Assembly: GCF_009834535.1 (NCBI RefSeq)
Contig: NC_045696.1
Location: 80,540,001-80,604,000, forward strand
Direction: 5' to 3'
DNA: 64,000 nucleotides
Origin: Camelus ferus
Lineage: Eukaryota
Under the pieces are notes generated by a model that saw only the letters and a program-made list of their open reading frames with translations, had not been told where the DNA came from and did not search any database. This document shows, in pieces, positions 36,201 through 50,555 of the stretch (positions are counted from its first letter, which is position 1; the number at the start of each line of letters is the position of its first letter). Position numbers and translations under genes: made by a program.

Positions 36201-39200
36201 ATGAAGCAATGAATGTGGAAAGCTTACTATGCAAACAGTTAACTTTAAGGATCAAAGATTTTATTTATAATGCCTGTGGGTGGAAAGTACACATTTTTCC
36301 ACTGCATTATAGAGCAGGCAGGCCATAACTTAATTTTTTCATAGGGGCGTAGGGTCATTACTGTGTCACTACTAAACAATACTGTGTTTAGTCACAAAGT
36401 GATGTACTAGGGAATTACTGCAGCATTTTGACCTTACGTATTTGAGAAATTCACTGTTCCTTTGAGTTTAATTTCTATGTTTTCTTCTCCACTCCTCATT
36501 AGGCCATATCAAAAACCACACCCCCTCAAATCTGAGCACCAAATCCTGAATTTGCTGTCTTACATCTTCCTTGGGCTGGGAAGCCAGATTACTATATACA
36601 CACACAGAGGAGCAGCCTCTGGGGCCTCTGTACCATCTTCCCTGGCCACTTGCTGATTATCAGCTGGGAGGGAAGCTGAGCAGGCCAGATGTGTTATCTC
36701 TGGATAGCTGGGCTGGAACTGTTTCTCGTTTCAGTCAGAAAGTCTCATGAGAAATCACCCTGACAAAATCCTCATTATCCCAGTCTGGGTTACTTCTCCC
36801 CGAGACAGATGTGTATCTGACGGGGCCAAAGCTATCACAGAACTCATGCATTTTATTCAAGGCTGTACTACATCCACACCATCCCTCTCACACACAACAG
36901 AGTTCTTGCAATGAATCCATTCTTTAGACCACTACCCTTTACAAATAGAGAATAAATATGCTGCGAAAACTAATCCAAATAAACCAATGGAAAACAGATG
37001 ATCTCTACTACAATGCTTTTTTCGAATCCTCTAAACTTTTTTCTCACGTGGAGCGCCAAGGTTTCACCCCTATTCTTTTTATTCTTACCCATACTTCCAT
37101 TTCAAAGAATTTGGTGACAACCACAGGCCCTCACAACCTCTCCCCCTAACCACACATCCTAACACTAAAACCACAAGTGCTTCATGCCCAGTCAGCTCTG
37201 TTCTTCTGATCGACAGGGAAGGGGTGCCACAGTGAGCACTTGTGGTTAACTTCCCTCTCTCCTGAGAGCAACTCGTTTGTTACCTTCATTACCTGCTAGC
37301 AAGCCCAGCATTACTAAAGAACTTCTACACTAATGCAGGGGAGGGGGCTAGGCACTCTGAATAACAAAACGAACAGATCCTCACTGTTAGTAAGACATTT
37401 AATTCCACCCAAACATGCCCGCAAAGCTTTTACAGAACATCTTATTTTAAAAGAATATTACAAAGGGTCTTCAGTTTTTACATGACTCTAGGCAAGTAGA
37501 TTATTACTTTTTCCTCTTATTTTGCTTCCCTACTCCAAGTCTAAAAGGGTTTTCCATAGTATTTTGGCCCAGCCTATACCAAGAAACATACTGGCCAATT
37601 TCATAAATATCCTGTTTCTCAGGAGAGAACCACAGATCCATTTCCAAAGGTCAGAGAAAGCAATTATATACTAGGAAGAATTTCTAACTTGAAAAAACCA
37701 AAGCCTTAATCACTGCTGGGAGAGTTTTAAGTCTGTGGACCCGGCCTTCAAATTAGTAACAAAATGTCCTGGTCTTCACTCCATGGGCCGATGACCCAAA
37801 TTTCCTTACATTAATTCAAGATGTGAGTTAGCAGTACAGTACACAAATTAGTTTCAGATGACAAGAGAAAAAGAAACTAACAGCACCAAAAGGAACAAAG
37901 TATAACCATCAGAGCCAAATGAGGTGGCCCGGCTGGGTGAAAAGAGATGGACTTCCTCAGTTAAACCTCAGGCCAGCGCTGGGGCAGGCCCCCAGGCTCA
38001 CTTCATCTATACTCTGATGAAGCTTTTGACTGACTTCTAAACTATCCCATGGAAGTATGTAAAAAAGTAAATGCAGTATGAGAACCAATAAATGTGTGTC
38101 AGTTATACCTCAATTAAAAAAAAAGGCACATTATCAGTTTTAACTTTCTGTTTTCATCCTGCAATTCAAATGCACTTTCAGAAACAAAATAAGTTTTTGG
38201 ATGAATGGGATATGGATAGAAACCCATCAATTATAGAGACCTATAAAGCAACTAAGTAAGTAAATAATCAAATAATAATCATTTTCAGAATTCATACCAC
38301 TAAAGTTGTGATTCCATAAAGCTTGTATCTTTTCCAATAAAATATACATTAACCAATCACCATCAAGTAATCTAAACAGCATGTAAACATTTTGCTTGCT
38401 ACATGATTGTTCTGCAGTCTGAGAAAAATATTCTCATGGGCACATTAGTAAAATCAGAGCTTGATTCATACTGCAAGAAAAGTGCCTTCTCTACTGAAAA
38501 GGCTAAATGATTTCTAATAGTAAAAATCTATTGTGGACCAGGTTTCAGAAAATTATCCCAAACATATCAGAAACGTTCCAGCCATTTTTTTTAAATAGTA
38601 ATAAAGACAAGAAAATTTTCCTAATTCACTAAGGCAAGAAAAAACTCATCAGTAGTCAAAATGAAAAAAAGATAAACACTGAATCACAAAAAAACAAACC
38701 AAAAAAACCCAGGAGCTTTTGTCTTGCTGTGATGTGTTTGGGCCAGATGGATTTGAGAGGTTACTAAGAAATTGCTGTCTCTTTTAATACAATACAATTA
38801 TCAGCTAGCTAATGTTTTATGAGTGTTACAAGTTTTCAAATGGCCTCCAATATAAAACCTACACCTACTAAAACTTAAATTATGACAAACATTTGTGCAG
38901 TTGATTTACACTTGTTTATGCCACGACTAGAGTAAAAAAGAAAAATCTTAAAAAGTCAAAATTTGGCAGAGAATCATATAGCATAGAAAAAAGAAACAAA
39001 GAAAAACTGCTTTCATGGACTTCCTTCTCATACAGGTGGCTGTTAGGTGTGCGTATGCCCTCAGTCACTAGGACTGACCACTTCCAAATGTGTGGTCTAC
39101 CATTCTGAACTTTATCAGCAAGATTTAGAAAGACAAAGAGGGAGGGAGGAGGAAGGGAAAGAGAGAAATGTTGAGAAAGGAGAGAAGAAAAAAGAAAACA

Positions 39201-41966
39201 AGCTTTTAAAAAGTTATTTATACATATTCCTACAACTAATGAGATTATCAAAGAAAGTATCATTTGCTATTTTATTTTCCTCATCAGAAAAACCTCTTAC
39301 CTCCCTGCTTCATTCTGGTTTTGAAAGGTAAACCCCTCGACTGATATTTCAAGACCTAGAAACTCTCAAAACATTTCTAGCCTTCTGGGCAAAACTAGAA
39401 ACAGCTTTCTGATAGTTACTATGGAAACACCAACAGCATCAATAGAAAGAAAAAAATGATTAAAACAAAATAGAAACACTGTGCAACCTCCTTTACCTCT
39501 GAAATTGAGAAAACTCTGCTCATCCATCAACACACATCAGATTGTTTTTATCACGTCCCTGCTGCTATAAAAGCAGGGCTTTTCTTTCCCTTCTGGTAAC
39601 ACTAAGCCAGTGGCCGCAGCGCTGGCTCTGACCATGCGGAATGAGCACATGGCCATGAAACCTGATGTGGGGCACTGCCATTGGACAGGAGAAGGCTGGG
39701 GTGGTTTTAGTGCTTCTCCTTGTACCCTCTCTCCTGCACACTCTGGGCAACCATGAGGAAAGGTACTTGTACAAGCAAACACTCTCCTTTACTTTTTCTA
39801 AAATCAAATGAAATTGTGCCCTGAAAAGGATACGGAGAGAAACTAAGGATTTTTATTAGAACTGTTCACAGCCCCTTCACTAAAAACTGTTCAAAGGACC
39901 AGTATATTAAAGTAAGAAAGTACCAGAGAGACCCCAAACTGAGTTCTGGAAAACATGAGTTCTAATTTGAGGGTTGGCAATAATTAGCTCTGAATTTGGG
40001 CAATTAATTTCTTCTTTTACAAAATGACAAGATTATAGATTCACCTTTAAGGTTCCTTTTTGCTCTTAACCGACTATGTTTCAAAATAACATTGCCTACT
40101 GTGTTTACTTCATACAGATTAAATGAAATCTAAAAGGAGGTTTACGCAAGTCTAAAAAGGTTTACTCAAACTCTAAAAACCTGTTAATTTCTCTCTTTTA
40201 CATGAGTATAATCTGAGCCTTCTGCATGAAAGGAAGAATCTAAGTAAAATGTTAAAAAAAAATGTATTGACTAAATAGGGATAGTAATCACTGTGTTTTT
40301 ATGCCAATGAAATCTAATTTTACAGCTGAGCTCTGCACAGCTGTGGAAGAAAGGCTCTTGCCACGGCTTGCCACTTGAATGAAAGAAGGAGTGGTGATAA
40401 CTGTTCATGCAGAAAAACCTCTTGAGACATGAGCAGTACCTGGAGGTATGCACCCAGCTGGTTGGTTGAGGCACAAACAGTCTGGAATTTGTCTTCTTGT
40501 CTGATACGGGTTCATTAGTGAAGTTAAATCACAGTTGTCTGAAAAAGTTCTTAAGCTTAAAAACATTCTTGCTTTTTGCATCCAGTTATAAACACAGGAG
40601 AATTAAGTGGCAACGTTTAAATCCTCAGAGAAATCCTGTGAAATGGGGTTTAGACTAAAAACACCACCACCACTGCTGCCACAGATTAAAACAAATAACA
40701 ATAAATGTTTCAAGTAACAAAATAAAAGAACTTCCACTGTGCTCCAGAGACCAAGGAGGATGCCAGGTAGTCCAACGTACAGGCCCTGCCTTCAAGAATA
40801 AATAGATTTTTTTTTTAAACTTGGCAAAGCATAGTCATGCCTGAATTCCAGACTACCAGATCTGGAAGGCACAATTTTCTAAGAAGAAAAAAAGAAAAAC
40901 TATATATCCAAGGATTATATGTAATCTGAGGCTGCTTTTATAATTTTCCATGAATATACAGAGACTGGTTGCTTCTGCAGCCCCATTAATGTAACCCAAA
41001 TTTTTAAGGAAACAAAAACTAAAGGAAAAAAATTACATCACTGTACAGACACAATCTCTGGACCTCAGATCCACATCCACATGTAAACAGCTCAGTTCTG
41101 CAAATATTAACTAAAAAGGAAAGGGGGCCCAACTACAAGTTTACCAACCAAAGGTCCATTTGCTCTGTTCGTTGTTTTTAAACAATATGTAAAGAAGTCA
41201 GCAGACACAGACATTTTTATTAGAACACCTAGACTCTGGGTACACACAGCACAACAGATCTCACACCCCTCTCTCAGGTCCCAAGGATGGCAGTCTAGCA
41301 TCTACAAAGAAACATTCCAAAGCTGTGAGCCCTTATTTTCACACATACACAAGCTAGCTAGCTTTGTCACATACTTTATCCAAAGATGAGAATACCTGAA
41401 AATATTTATTTTCAGTGAGATTTCGAATTGTGTGGTTGTTTCCTTAGATCTTTTTCTATAGGAAGTTGAGAGAAAGTCTAGAAAACTGCAGTCCAAGAAT
41501 GGGAAAAGTCACTCCTAAAGCCCCCCTCCAGCTCTAAGCCTTTCCACCTCCGAACCAATTTACCTCCAAGCAGCTCGGGCCAGAGGCAGAGAGATGAGAT
41601 GGGGAGTCAGAAGACATGTTCACCTTCCTAGCAAGAGCAGCTCACCTCTCACCCAGCCCTCGGGCACTGCCACCTGCCTGGAAGCCCCACAGCACTTTGT
41701 CCTGCTGCTGGTCAGGGTTATGGCTCAAAATGGGCCTGCAACAGGCCCTCTGGGTCTCAGTTTCTTCATCTGCAATGTGGGTGTTTTAAGCCAACTGCTA
41801 GATTCCCCTCTACTGAAATCCAAAATGCATTTTATTACTCTGTCTTAAGAGATCTACTGTGAATTAAATTCACATTTGTGCAACTACTTGTGTACTTAAC
41901 AGCCATGCATAACACCCTTTATTTGGGGGGTGAGGGGAGGAGGAATGTGTTGCCAAATCAAGTAAC

Positions 41967-42464
41967 TGCTTAGCATACACAAGGTCCTGGGTTCAATCCC
42001 CAGGACCTCTGAGACAGGAGGAAAGGGCACAACCACTGAAGGAATGACACAGCAATTGAGGACAGGACAAACTGGTTAGAACCAAGATGGCAGAAGATTC
42101 AATTTTCAGTAGACCTTGAGCCTCATGGCACATCCACGGGTGCCGTGACAGTTCCGAGGCTGACCATAAAAGGTCAAAAGGTGGGTGAGGGCCCAGTTCC
42201 TGGAAATCCCTGCTCCTTTCCCAAAGCAGTTGGAATGATCTCCTACTTGTTAGCATATAAAGTTACCAAGCCCATAAAATCTAACAACTCTGCACCTTGT
42301 GGTAGCTCTCTCTTGCCTTCGGAGACTGCCCATGCTCTCTGTCTATGGAGTGTGCATCTCTCTAAATAAACTTGCTTTCACTTTACTATGCCTTGCTCTT
42401 GAATTCTTTCCTGCGCGAGGCAAGAACCTATTCTTCGGCAGCACCTCCATTTAAAAAAAAAAAA
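41967..42464 (+). mobile_element. 5'-truncated Vic-1-like SINE interrupted by a solo LTR
   Basis: tgcttagcatacacaaggtcctgggttcaatccccaggacctc [LTR] cctccatttaaaaaaaaaaaa. Imperfect flanking repeat aagtaactgct / aagtcaatgct. Confidence 0.85.
42010..42443 (+). mobile_element. ERV solo LTR (434 bp, probably class I/ERV1)
   Basis: TG...CA ends, 4-bp TSD cctc (42006-42009 and 42444-42447), TATAAA at 42256-42261, AATAAA at 42365-42370 and the ERV1-like U5 tcttgaattctttcctgcgcgagg.caagaacc. Confidence 0.9.
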
Positions 42465-43079
42465 GTCAATGCTCTCTGAAGGAACTGATTATAACATCTA
42501 AGAATCTGGCAACAAAACATAGAAGTGGAAAGGCTGATGAAAAATTCATAGGTTAGTGAATTTTAAAAATTAGATAAAACAAGCACATAGTACAAAATTC
42601 AAAAGATAACTTTCAAAGACAGCTAAAGTACATTTCTCTCCTATCCAGTCCCCAGTTCCCTGTACGCAGAGGCAACAACTGTGAGTTTTTGGTGTATCCT
42701 TACCAACATACAAATTTAATGATTTTTAAAACATTTTTTAAAGCTGCTTAGGGAAGGTTAAGCAAGACTACTGTATTATCATGTAGTCCAGATGGTTAAA
42801 AATGAGGGAGAAAAAGAAACCAGCAGAAACCAAACTATAAACTACTAACATTATATCCTCCATGGTGATTTGCACTGAGCTGCGCCATGATTAAACACAA
42901 AAGCCAAAGTACTTCACAGAGGAGGGCAGCTAAGCAAGTTACTGATGAGAGACTCAGAACAAGGTGTCTTGGTACAAAGGGTTTCAAGACTCTATTATTT
43001 TCAGTATCCCAAAAGAAGGACTTAAGCTGAAATGAACCTTCTAAAATAGCATCAAACAAAAGGACATGACCAAAGATAA

Positions 43080-43175
43080 TCATCCATTCTTTTAACAAAT
43101 GTTTATTGGGCATGATCATGTGCCAGGGACTGTACCAGAATTGGTGGATTCTAGGAAACAAAAGCGTGAGATTAA
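43080..43175 (-). mobile_element. L2 3' end
   Basis: catccattcttttaacaaatgtttattgggc...tgtgccagggactgt. Confidence 0.7.
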
Positions 43176-44479
43176 ATAGCATTACACTGAAATGTTATAT
43201 TCTATAACCCAAGTCCATGTTGGACACTTCTGACAAAACCAGTCAACAGACCTCCGTGCTCTAAGAAACCTTTCATCTGAGATAAGCACCAATGTCTAAA
43301 TTTGGCTTCCCAGCTGTGGCATCTTTTCTAGTCTTAAGTGTTCCGTAAGATGAATTTGTCTTCAAAGCACACTCCCTTCCTCAATCTTCATTTCTGATTT
43401 GTCAGTAGGATACTAAAATGGTTTCTTTAATCAGTCCATATAGAATTCAATCGTGTTTACTCAACAAATTCAGTTTTGTTGAATTGAATAGATGTTATAA
43501 AACACTTATTACAAGGAAGAGCTCGGAAGCTGTTAACTTCAGCACAGTGGAAGCATCAATGATGTTTTATTCAGTTATACTTAATATGTATTTCAAAGAT
43601 TTCTGACATTCCATTAGTCATTTCAGATGTTGGTTCAAATATTTTTTTCCAAAAAAATCTGAGTCTTTCCTCTACCCCTATGTGGGGGAGGGTGGAGAAA
43701 TCAATGAGAACAGTATATGATACACTGAAGATCAGTTTAAAAGCAAGTTTTTTAAAACAAGTTATTTCTTAAAGCATCACTACAACTGATGACATTCTCA
43801 TAAGCAGTTCTGTATTTCACCTAATATGACTGAACACAAAGCAAATACCAGGTGTTCCTTAGAATGCATAAGGTACTGAAACAGAAAATTCGCATGAAGT
43901 AACAACACTCACGAAGAAACAAATTAGCAGGTGCAAAGACACATGAAAGGGAACATCTATTTACTACTTCAGATTTTAGTCCATTACAATAAAAATTTAA
44001 CATGAGCAAACACTTTAATCCAGACTAATATTTTTGAAAATACAAAAATGTGGAATTCTTCGGAAAAAAACATTTTCTTTCCATTAAAGAAAAAGCCTGT
44101 CACGTACCACAGAGCACCAAGGAGATTTCTCTTAATAGATGAAATGATAGTTAGTGTATAATGCCTTATATGCAAATAGATGAATCTAAATGTTTCAAAG
44201 CATGGTACTTGCCTATATTTTAAACACTCCCTATGAATAATGATGACATCACTAATTACACTAATATAATTTGTTAAAAAATGTAAGGGGGTTGCCTTCA
44301 TTTATTTAATAAATACTTCTTTAGGTTCTGCTCTGTGCAAGACACTCTTTTGTGCTGAAATCATTCAAATTCTATACTTAAGGAGTTCACTAACAGACTT
44401 TAAAATCTTCCCAGAAAAATAGTTTAAAATTTCAATTCTAATACAAAATGTGTGTTTCCAAGTCAATTTTCATATTTCT

Positions 44480-44665
44480 CCTCATGCGAAAGCATTAAAG
44501 ACACAAAACATTTTTCAGTTAATACTACTGAAGAACTCAGAAGCATAAGATTTAAAAAGACAAATAACATTTTAGGATTATTAATAGTTATGACCTCATG
44601 AACCCCATTAAAAAGGTCTCAGGAATGCCCAAGGGTCCCCCAAACCACACTTTGACAACCACTGC
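44480..44665. mobile_element. hAT-Charlie DNA transposon terminal fragment
   Basis: gggtccccaaaccacactttgacaaccactg resembles a Charlie/MER5-type terminus. Confidence 0.5.
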
Positions 44666-47600
44666 TCCACACCAAGCAGCTTAGATGTAAAAATACAAGA
44701 AAAATTTAAATTCACTTTCTAGTAGACAAAGACTGCTGTCTTTATTTTATACTCTGCACATCCACAATTCACCTGGCAGCGTCTGAATAAAGAACAAATG
44801 AATCCAAATGAAAAGGTATCCAAATTCTAGCATGAATTTTTCTTTCCAGGAGTTTATGTTACACTCTTTAAAGCACTATGGGGGAAAATTTATTTGGTAA
44901 AATCTTGAGAGAAGAGCAGCAGGCTGGAGGGATAAGAAAATGGATGTTGGGGACCAGGTACTCCCCTGCTGGGAATGTCAACAAACACTAAGAGACAGGG
45001 TGGGACCTGACCCCAATAAATCCAGGCCCATTCGATGGCGATTCCATTCAATCTCTCAAGTAATCATACACATGCCTGGATTCAAAGCAAATGATCGATT
45101 CCAAGGAAATAAGGACAAGTAATTTTGTGTTGCCATTCCCGAGAAAGTCTCTTATCTGCTCTGACCTCTAGACCTTCATTTACTGCTCAACGAACCCATC
45201 CCAAATCTGGAGATGATTTGATCTAGTATTTTCTAAGGTCACTACTTTATTTTCTTTTGCCAAAGCCTGTTATGTCTTTGATCAGAGAACCCCAAAGGAG
45301 TTTTTTGAGGCATAAGGTAACTCTGAAAATGAGAACCTAAGTTTATAGACAGAACAGTTAGCAAGATGGTGACATTCATTTCCTGGAGCAACAAATTAGC
45401 AAAATCAAAATATGCCACAGCTAATTGATTTGCATTCAGCACACACACTGTTAGATAAGAGGCCTCCCTTTTATTTTTAAAAATAGATTTAACAAGAATA
45501 TTAATTTTCCACTGGCCACTATAAATAAATGGAACTACAGAATCTTTCTTTGCAAGGGCGTTCTGGCCAGTCGCCGTGAGCCTGACCCCAAGCAGAATGT
45601 ATATTTACATTGCCAAGAGGCAGCATTGTGTGCTGGTGGGAAACCACTTCTCACAAACCTCCCATTCAGCGGGGGCGTCCACAATAGGTGCTCACAAAGG
45701 AAGCAGGCCTCGCTAAGAGCACCTCCGACGGTTCCAGGGAGAACTTTCCAAGGCTCAGGACAGAGAACTACTGCCAATGCCACGTTCACAGGCCCCAGCT
45801 GCCTACACTTCAGGGTCGACAAAGCTCGGTGTTGCCCACAATCATTCCCCCAGTCCCTCCCCAGGTGAAAGGGAAACGGTCAACAGCTCCATTTCAGTTC
45901 TTGAGCTAATCTCTCAGGGTGTCGCTTTGTTTCAAAAAGAATCATAAGGCCACAGCATTTTTCCTCAAATAAACTGGAAAATACTCCAAAGAAGCTATTG
46001 CTTTTCAAAACTAATGAAAGGTGTTAGTATTGACTATGCAATTTAAAAAAATCAAAACTTCAACAGTCACTTCAATCTCTACTGAAAATTATAATTCCTT
46101 AAACACTGACCATTTTGCTTAACTGCAAAGCAAAAAAAAATTATTATTTTAACTTCTCAAATAGGAAAGTGGACATTATCAGCAGATCAACGACTTCTGC
46201 ACAAATATGTGAGGAAATAAAGGTGACCACACATGCCATTAAATCAATCAGCTGCTGGTTGAAAAATCCAATTAATAAGTAAGTTCTGTCAATTCAATAC
46301 TACACTACTAAACTACCAGTTTGACTTTTTCCTCTCTACCTAAGCTTTTACAAAACACAACCAGGTTCTTTCAAAATGTTGATTAAATTCTCACTAACCC
46401 AGTTTCTTGACCTATAAAAGAGAGGTAACAGTTGCTTCCTGCAGAAATATTCTTAGACTATTAAATAACTTAATGAAAATGGGCAATGAGCAACTCCTCT
46501 GGCTTATTTTTCTCATTTCTCTAATTACAGGACTAGACTCCAAGATCAAGGATCCTTCCAGCATTAATGATCTATCAATCTGAACATAGCAACAAACAAC
46601 ATCACAGTTAACACATATGTCTCAAGGGTTTATTGGATGTCTAATACTTAAGGCAGCCACTGTAAAATAAAAGCTAGCTGCACCCACCCCAACTACAAAT
46701 AATACCACTTAACTAGCTTCAGGAAGTCACTACTGCAATATAGAAACAGTAAACCGTAAGTATCACAAGGAAATGCTCACAACACAATAGTTAGTGAAAT
46801 GTACACAGAGCATATATGTACATATAATTGTTCACAAGACTGAAATGAAATAGAACCAAAATGTTAACTATGGTTAACCTACGGAAAATGAAATGAGTAA
46901 GTTACATTTTTTTCTTTTGTAATTACTATATTTTTTAAAGCATCCTACAATGAGCATCTCTAATTTTTATAATAGTAATAGTTGACTTTTAAAAACCCAT
47001 AAAATTCAATCCACTTTGCACCATGTGACTTTAAATTTTTGTTATGAAATACTTCCAAACTATTGTACAACATAAGGTAAAGCTCTAAAGGATACGGATC
47101 CACGTCCCACACAGCTACTTCCACCACTCACCCCGAATATGGGACACTACGATGCAAGAACATCTGCTGGGTAAGTAACAGGCTTGGTAACATTTACAAA
47201 ACCAGCCCTCAGGTCATGCTTGCTGAGTAATCTCTAGATTAGGCATGCTCACTAGGACCAACCCAGTTTTTTTTTAAAGGGAGGAGGGGAAAGGCAGGTT
47301 CCCCAGCCTTACTTTTTTTAGATAACAAGCACTCTCAAAAATCCTCTTTGAGCTGCCAAAATAAATCGAACTTTCTAGGTGGAGAACTCTCTGTCAATCA
47401 AATGAGACTCGGCAAAGATAAACTAATAATAGAAATCTGTTACATACTTACTTAGCTGTGCTAACCATGCTAGTCCCTAACCAACACAAAGGACTTCAAA
47501 AACTCCAGCTATGAAAAGTACAGGGTGGAGTTAGAGTTCCCTCAGGGTTGGCAGGCCTCATTCTCAGTGGAAAAGTAACTACCCACTCATATTCGTGGTT

Positions 47601-49117
47601 TCTTTCCATCCCACCCTCTCTCATCCGAAACCTTCTAAAAATATTTGTCCCATATTTTAATTCCCACACCCCAAATATTATAACATATAATACATGTTCA
47701 CTCTAAGAATCTGGAAAAACAGAAAAGCAGGAAGAAAGTTTCAAGTATTCATAGTCACATCACCCAGAAACATCCACCATTATGTATGCTGTGATGTTTC
47801 ATTTGTTTCTTCCCACATGAAATCTGCAGTTAGAGGGGAGAGAGTTTACACAATACAGATCTGCCTATCTTTTATTTTTGATATTTCATATTTATGACAA
47901 CACAAATGACTTTTCAAAAGTTAACAAGAACTAGTTCCTAAGTGACATTTTCAGAAAAAAGTAGCAAAATCTTCAGGGTTCTTGACCTTGGCACATAAAC
48001 AGGGGACCAGGGAATACATGACATTCAGCTGAGATGACCAATGTGCATCTTCCTATATGATAGATACCAGGTTATAGTGACAAAATACTCTTAGATTGTG
48101 TGCAAGTATGTAAACAGAATTAGGAACTGAAGCGTCCCCACAAGTTACTATTAATTTAATTCTTTGTTTCTATTTGTATATGTATATGTTTCTAAAAAGT
48201 AGTTTTACTTTCTATTTCTTAAGAGTTATAGGCTGTTTTATGTTAACTGTTCACAATACTTCCTTCCCAACTATAAACTTACCCTTTCCTCTCATCAGAA
48301 TATGTACACCAAGAATCAAGGTTGATGGCACTTTGGCCCAAAACACTTAAACCTTAGCATCTAGGTGTACTGCTGCCAGTAAAGTTATTAACAGAAACCA
48401 GACTGGCAAATTATATAATGTGACCTAAAATATCTCAGTATAAAGTATATCACAACATAAAATAGTGAAAAGTTGGAAGCTATCTCATCCATGCAATGGA
48501 AGACTATGCTACCAATTTTAAAAGCTGTTGAAATCGATCTGCCAACAAAGGAAGAGGTACACAGCACACAGTTTAAATAGGAAATAAAACAGAGGAATAA
48601 CAGGTTAACAAACAGAAGGTCTACACTGTAGTCTTATTTCTGCAAAACTAGGAATATGTTTATTTTTCACACAGAACAAAAATAGAAGAAAATACACCAA
48701 AGTGTTCACATTGTTTATGGTGAGGTAGGCAGGATGAAGGATTTTTTATCAATATGTCCTGATTTTTTTTTTTTTTTGGTGATTTTTTGTTAGGGGAAAA
48801 AATGCATACAGAATGGGGAGCATCTTAAAACCAATCTCATCATATCTGTCAAATAATCTAATGAAAAAAATGAGAATCTAGTGGATAATGGATCACTAGT
48901 CAATGATAATCCTATTATACAAACACCTACTACTTCCTGATAAGAGTCACTGATTGTGGCAGCCCCATCTTCTAAATCTGTGCAATAGCTCGCAGGTATG
49001 GTTTCCTCGTCACCCAGGCACAGCTGAGCTGACTAGCAGCGATGACAACTCACTCCTAGAAGCTATTTTCAGTTTCAAGATATATCAGAGAATCCCGAAC
49101 CTAAAAAGGAACTTTGA

Positions 49118-49242
49118 GGGGACGGGGGTGTAGCTCAGTGGTAGAGCACATGCCTGGCACTCATGAGGTCCTGGATTCAATTCCCAGCGCCTCCGTTAAG
49201 GGAAAAAAATAAAATTGAAAATAAAAAAAAAAATAGAATACA
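49118..49242 (+). mobile_element. Vic-1-like tRNA-derived SINE
   Basis: gggtgtagctcagtggtagagcacatgcctggcactcatgaggtcctggattcaattcccagcgcctcc plus an A-rich tail. The TSD is degenerate. Confidence 0.9.
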
Positions 49243-49855
49243 TAAAAAGAAATCTCAAAAAGTTCAGTTCTGACACAGGTTTGCACAGTATCTAAACATC
49301 CCTACTTGACCAGAGGCTTCAAAATATCATAACCCAGCATTTTTTTTTTATTATTCTATACCCTTCAGTTAGTTATCCCGGATTTCCTCTCTCAAACAGT
49401 CCATAAAAACACTATTTAGAATAACAGGATGATAGGAATAGATAAGGTCAGAATTAGACATAACTGTGTCTGAGTCAGTTAAAAATATAGTGTTGACTAT
49501 TTTAAAATCACAGCCATTGAAAAGAGTCTTCCTTTAATAAAGTCTGTTACCTCTAACCCTGTCTATTACCACTACCAGCAGGAGCAGCGCCCTAGTTCAG
49601 GAATTGAATCAAATGACTTCTAGATTCCAAACCAACTTATCCTGCCTACTAACCCTCTCTGCCATCCTTCGTCCACTCATCCCTGAGCATAGACCACGTA
49701 ATACCTTCCAGAACGTCACTTCCACTTGGCCACTACCCAGTCTCACACAAACCAGCCCTTCTTCACACAGAGACTAGGGTACCGCTCATGAGAGATGTGC
49801 ACAAGGGACTGCGCACTGCGGAAGCAGGAGCTCTGCTGACGTGACTGCGCCGGTC

Positions 49856-50555
49856 AGTGTTTCTCCAGGTGTGGTGCAGGAACTTCTGCAGCACGGTCAG
49901 GTGGGGCACTTGTTCAGAAATGCACACTCCTCACAAATGTTCTAGCAGCATTATTCATAAAAGCCAAAAGAAGAGAAACCACCCGAACATCTATCAACTC
50001 TAGAATAAACCATACGTGGTATACGCATACAGGGGAAAGTTATTCAGCAATAAAAAGGAATGAAGAACTAACCCGAGAGCGTAACAATTTTCCAAGGTTC
50101 ATACATTTTCTAAGTGAAAACGCCAGTCACAAAAGGCCATATGATTTCCTTTTCATGAAATGTCCGGAATAGGTGAATTTTTAGAGACAGAAAGTAGACT
50201 CCTGGGTGCCTGGGGCTGGCTAGGTGTGGGAGTGGGGTGGGAAGTGAGTGCTATTAGGTAGCACGAGGTTTCTTTTAGAAGGTACAGAGTGTTCTAGAAT
50301 TTGATAGTGGTGATGGCTGTACAACCTTGTGATTATGCTAAAAAAAAAATACTGAATTTTACATCATAGATGAGTAAACTGTATGGTTTGTGAAATATAT
50401 CCCAAAGCTGCTTAAAAATACAGAGCCCTCAGTCCACCTCACAGCTACTAAATCAGACTCTCTGGAGAGAGGCCTGGATAGCCCTCATCCGAGGAAGGGC
50501 AGTGGTGCATTTTCACTAAGCACCCCAGAAAAGCCGTAAAATACACTCAAGTTAA
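49856..50555. mobile_element. MER5-type hAT element split by an L1M insertion
   Basis: Left arm cagtgtttctccaggtgtggt...gcacttgttcagaaatgca. Right arm ctactaaatcagactctctgg...tgcattttcactaagcacccca. Confidence 0.65.
49932..50412 (+). mobile_element. Ancient L1M (L1MB-like) 3' end
   Basis: aaatgttctagcagcattattcataaaagccaaaag...ttattcagcaataaaaaggaatgaag...gagacagaaagtaga...tagtggtgatggctgtacaaccttgtg. Confidence 0.85.

Noticed and set aside
41858..41874. Short palindrome tgtgaatt-a-aattcaca
   Set aside because: It has an 8-bp AT-rich stem, which is expected by chance at this window size.
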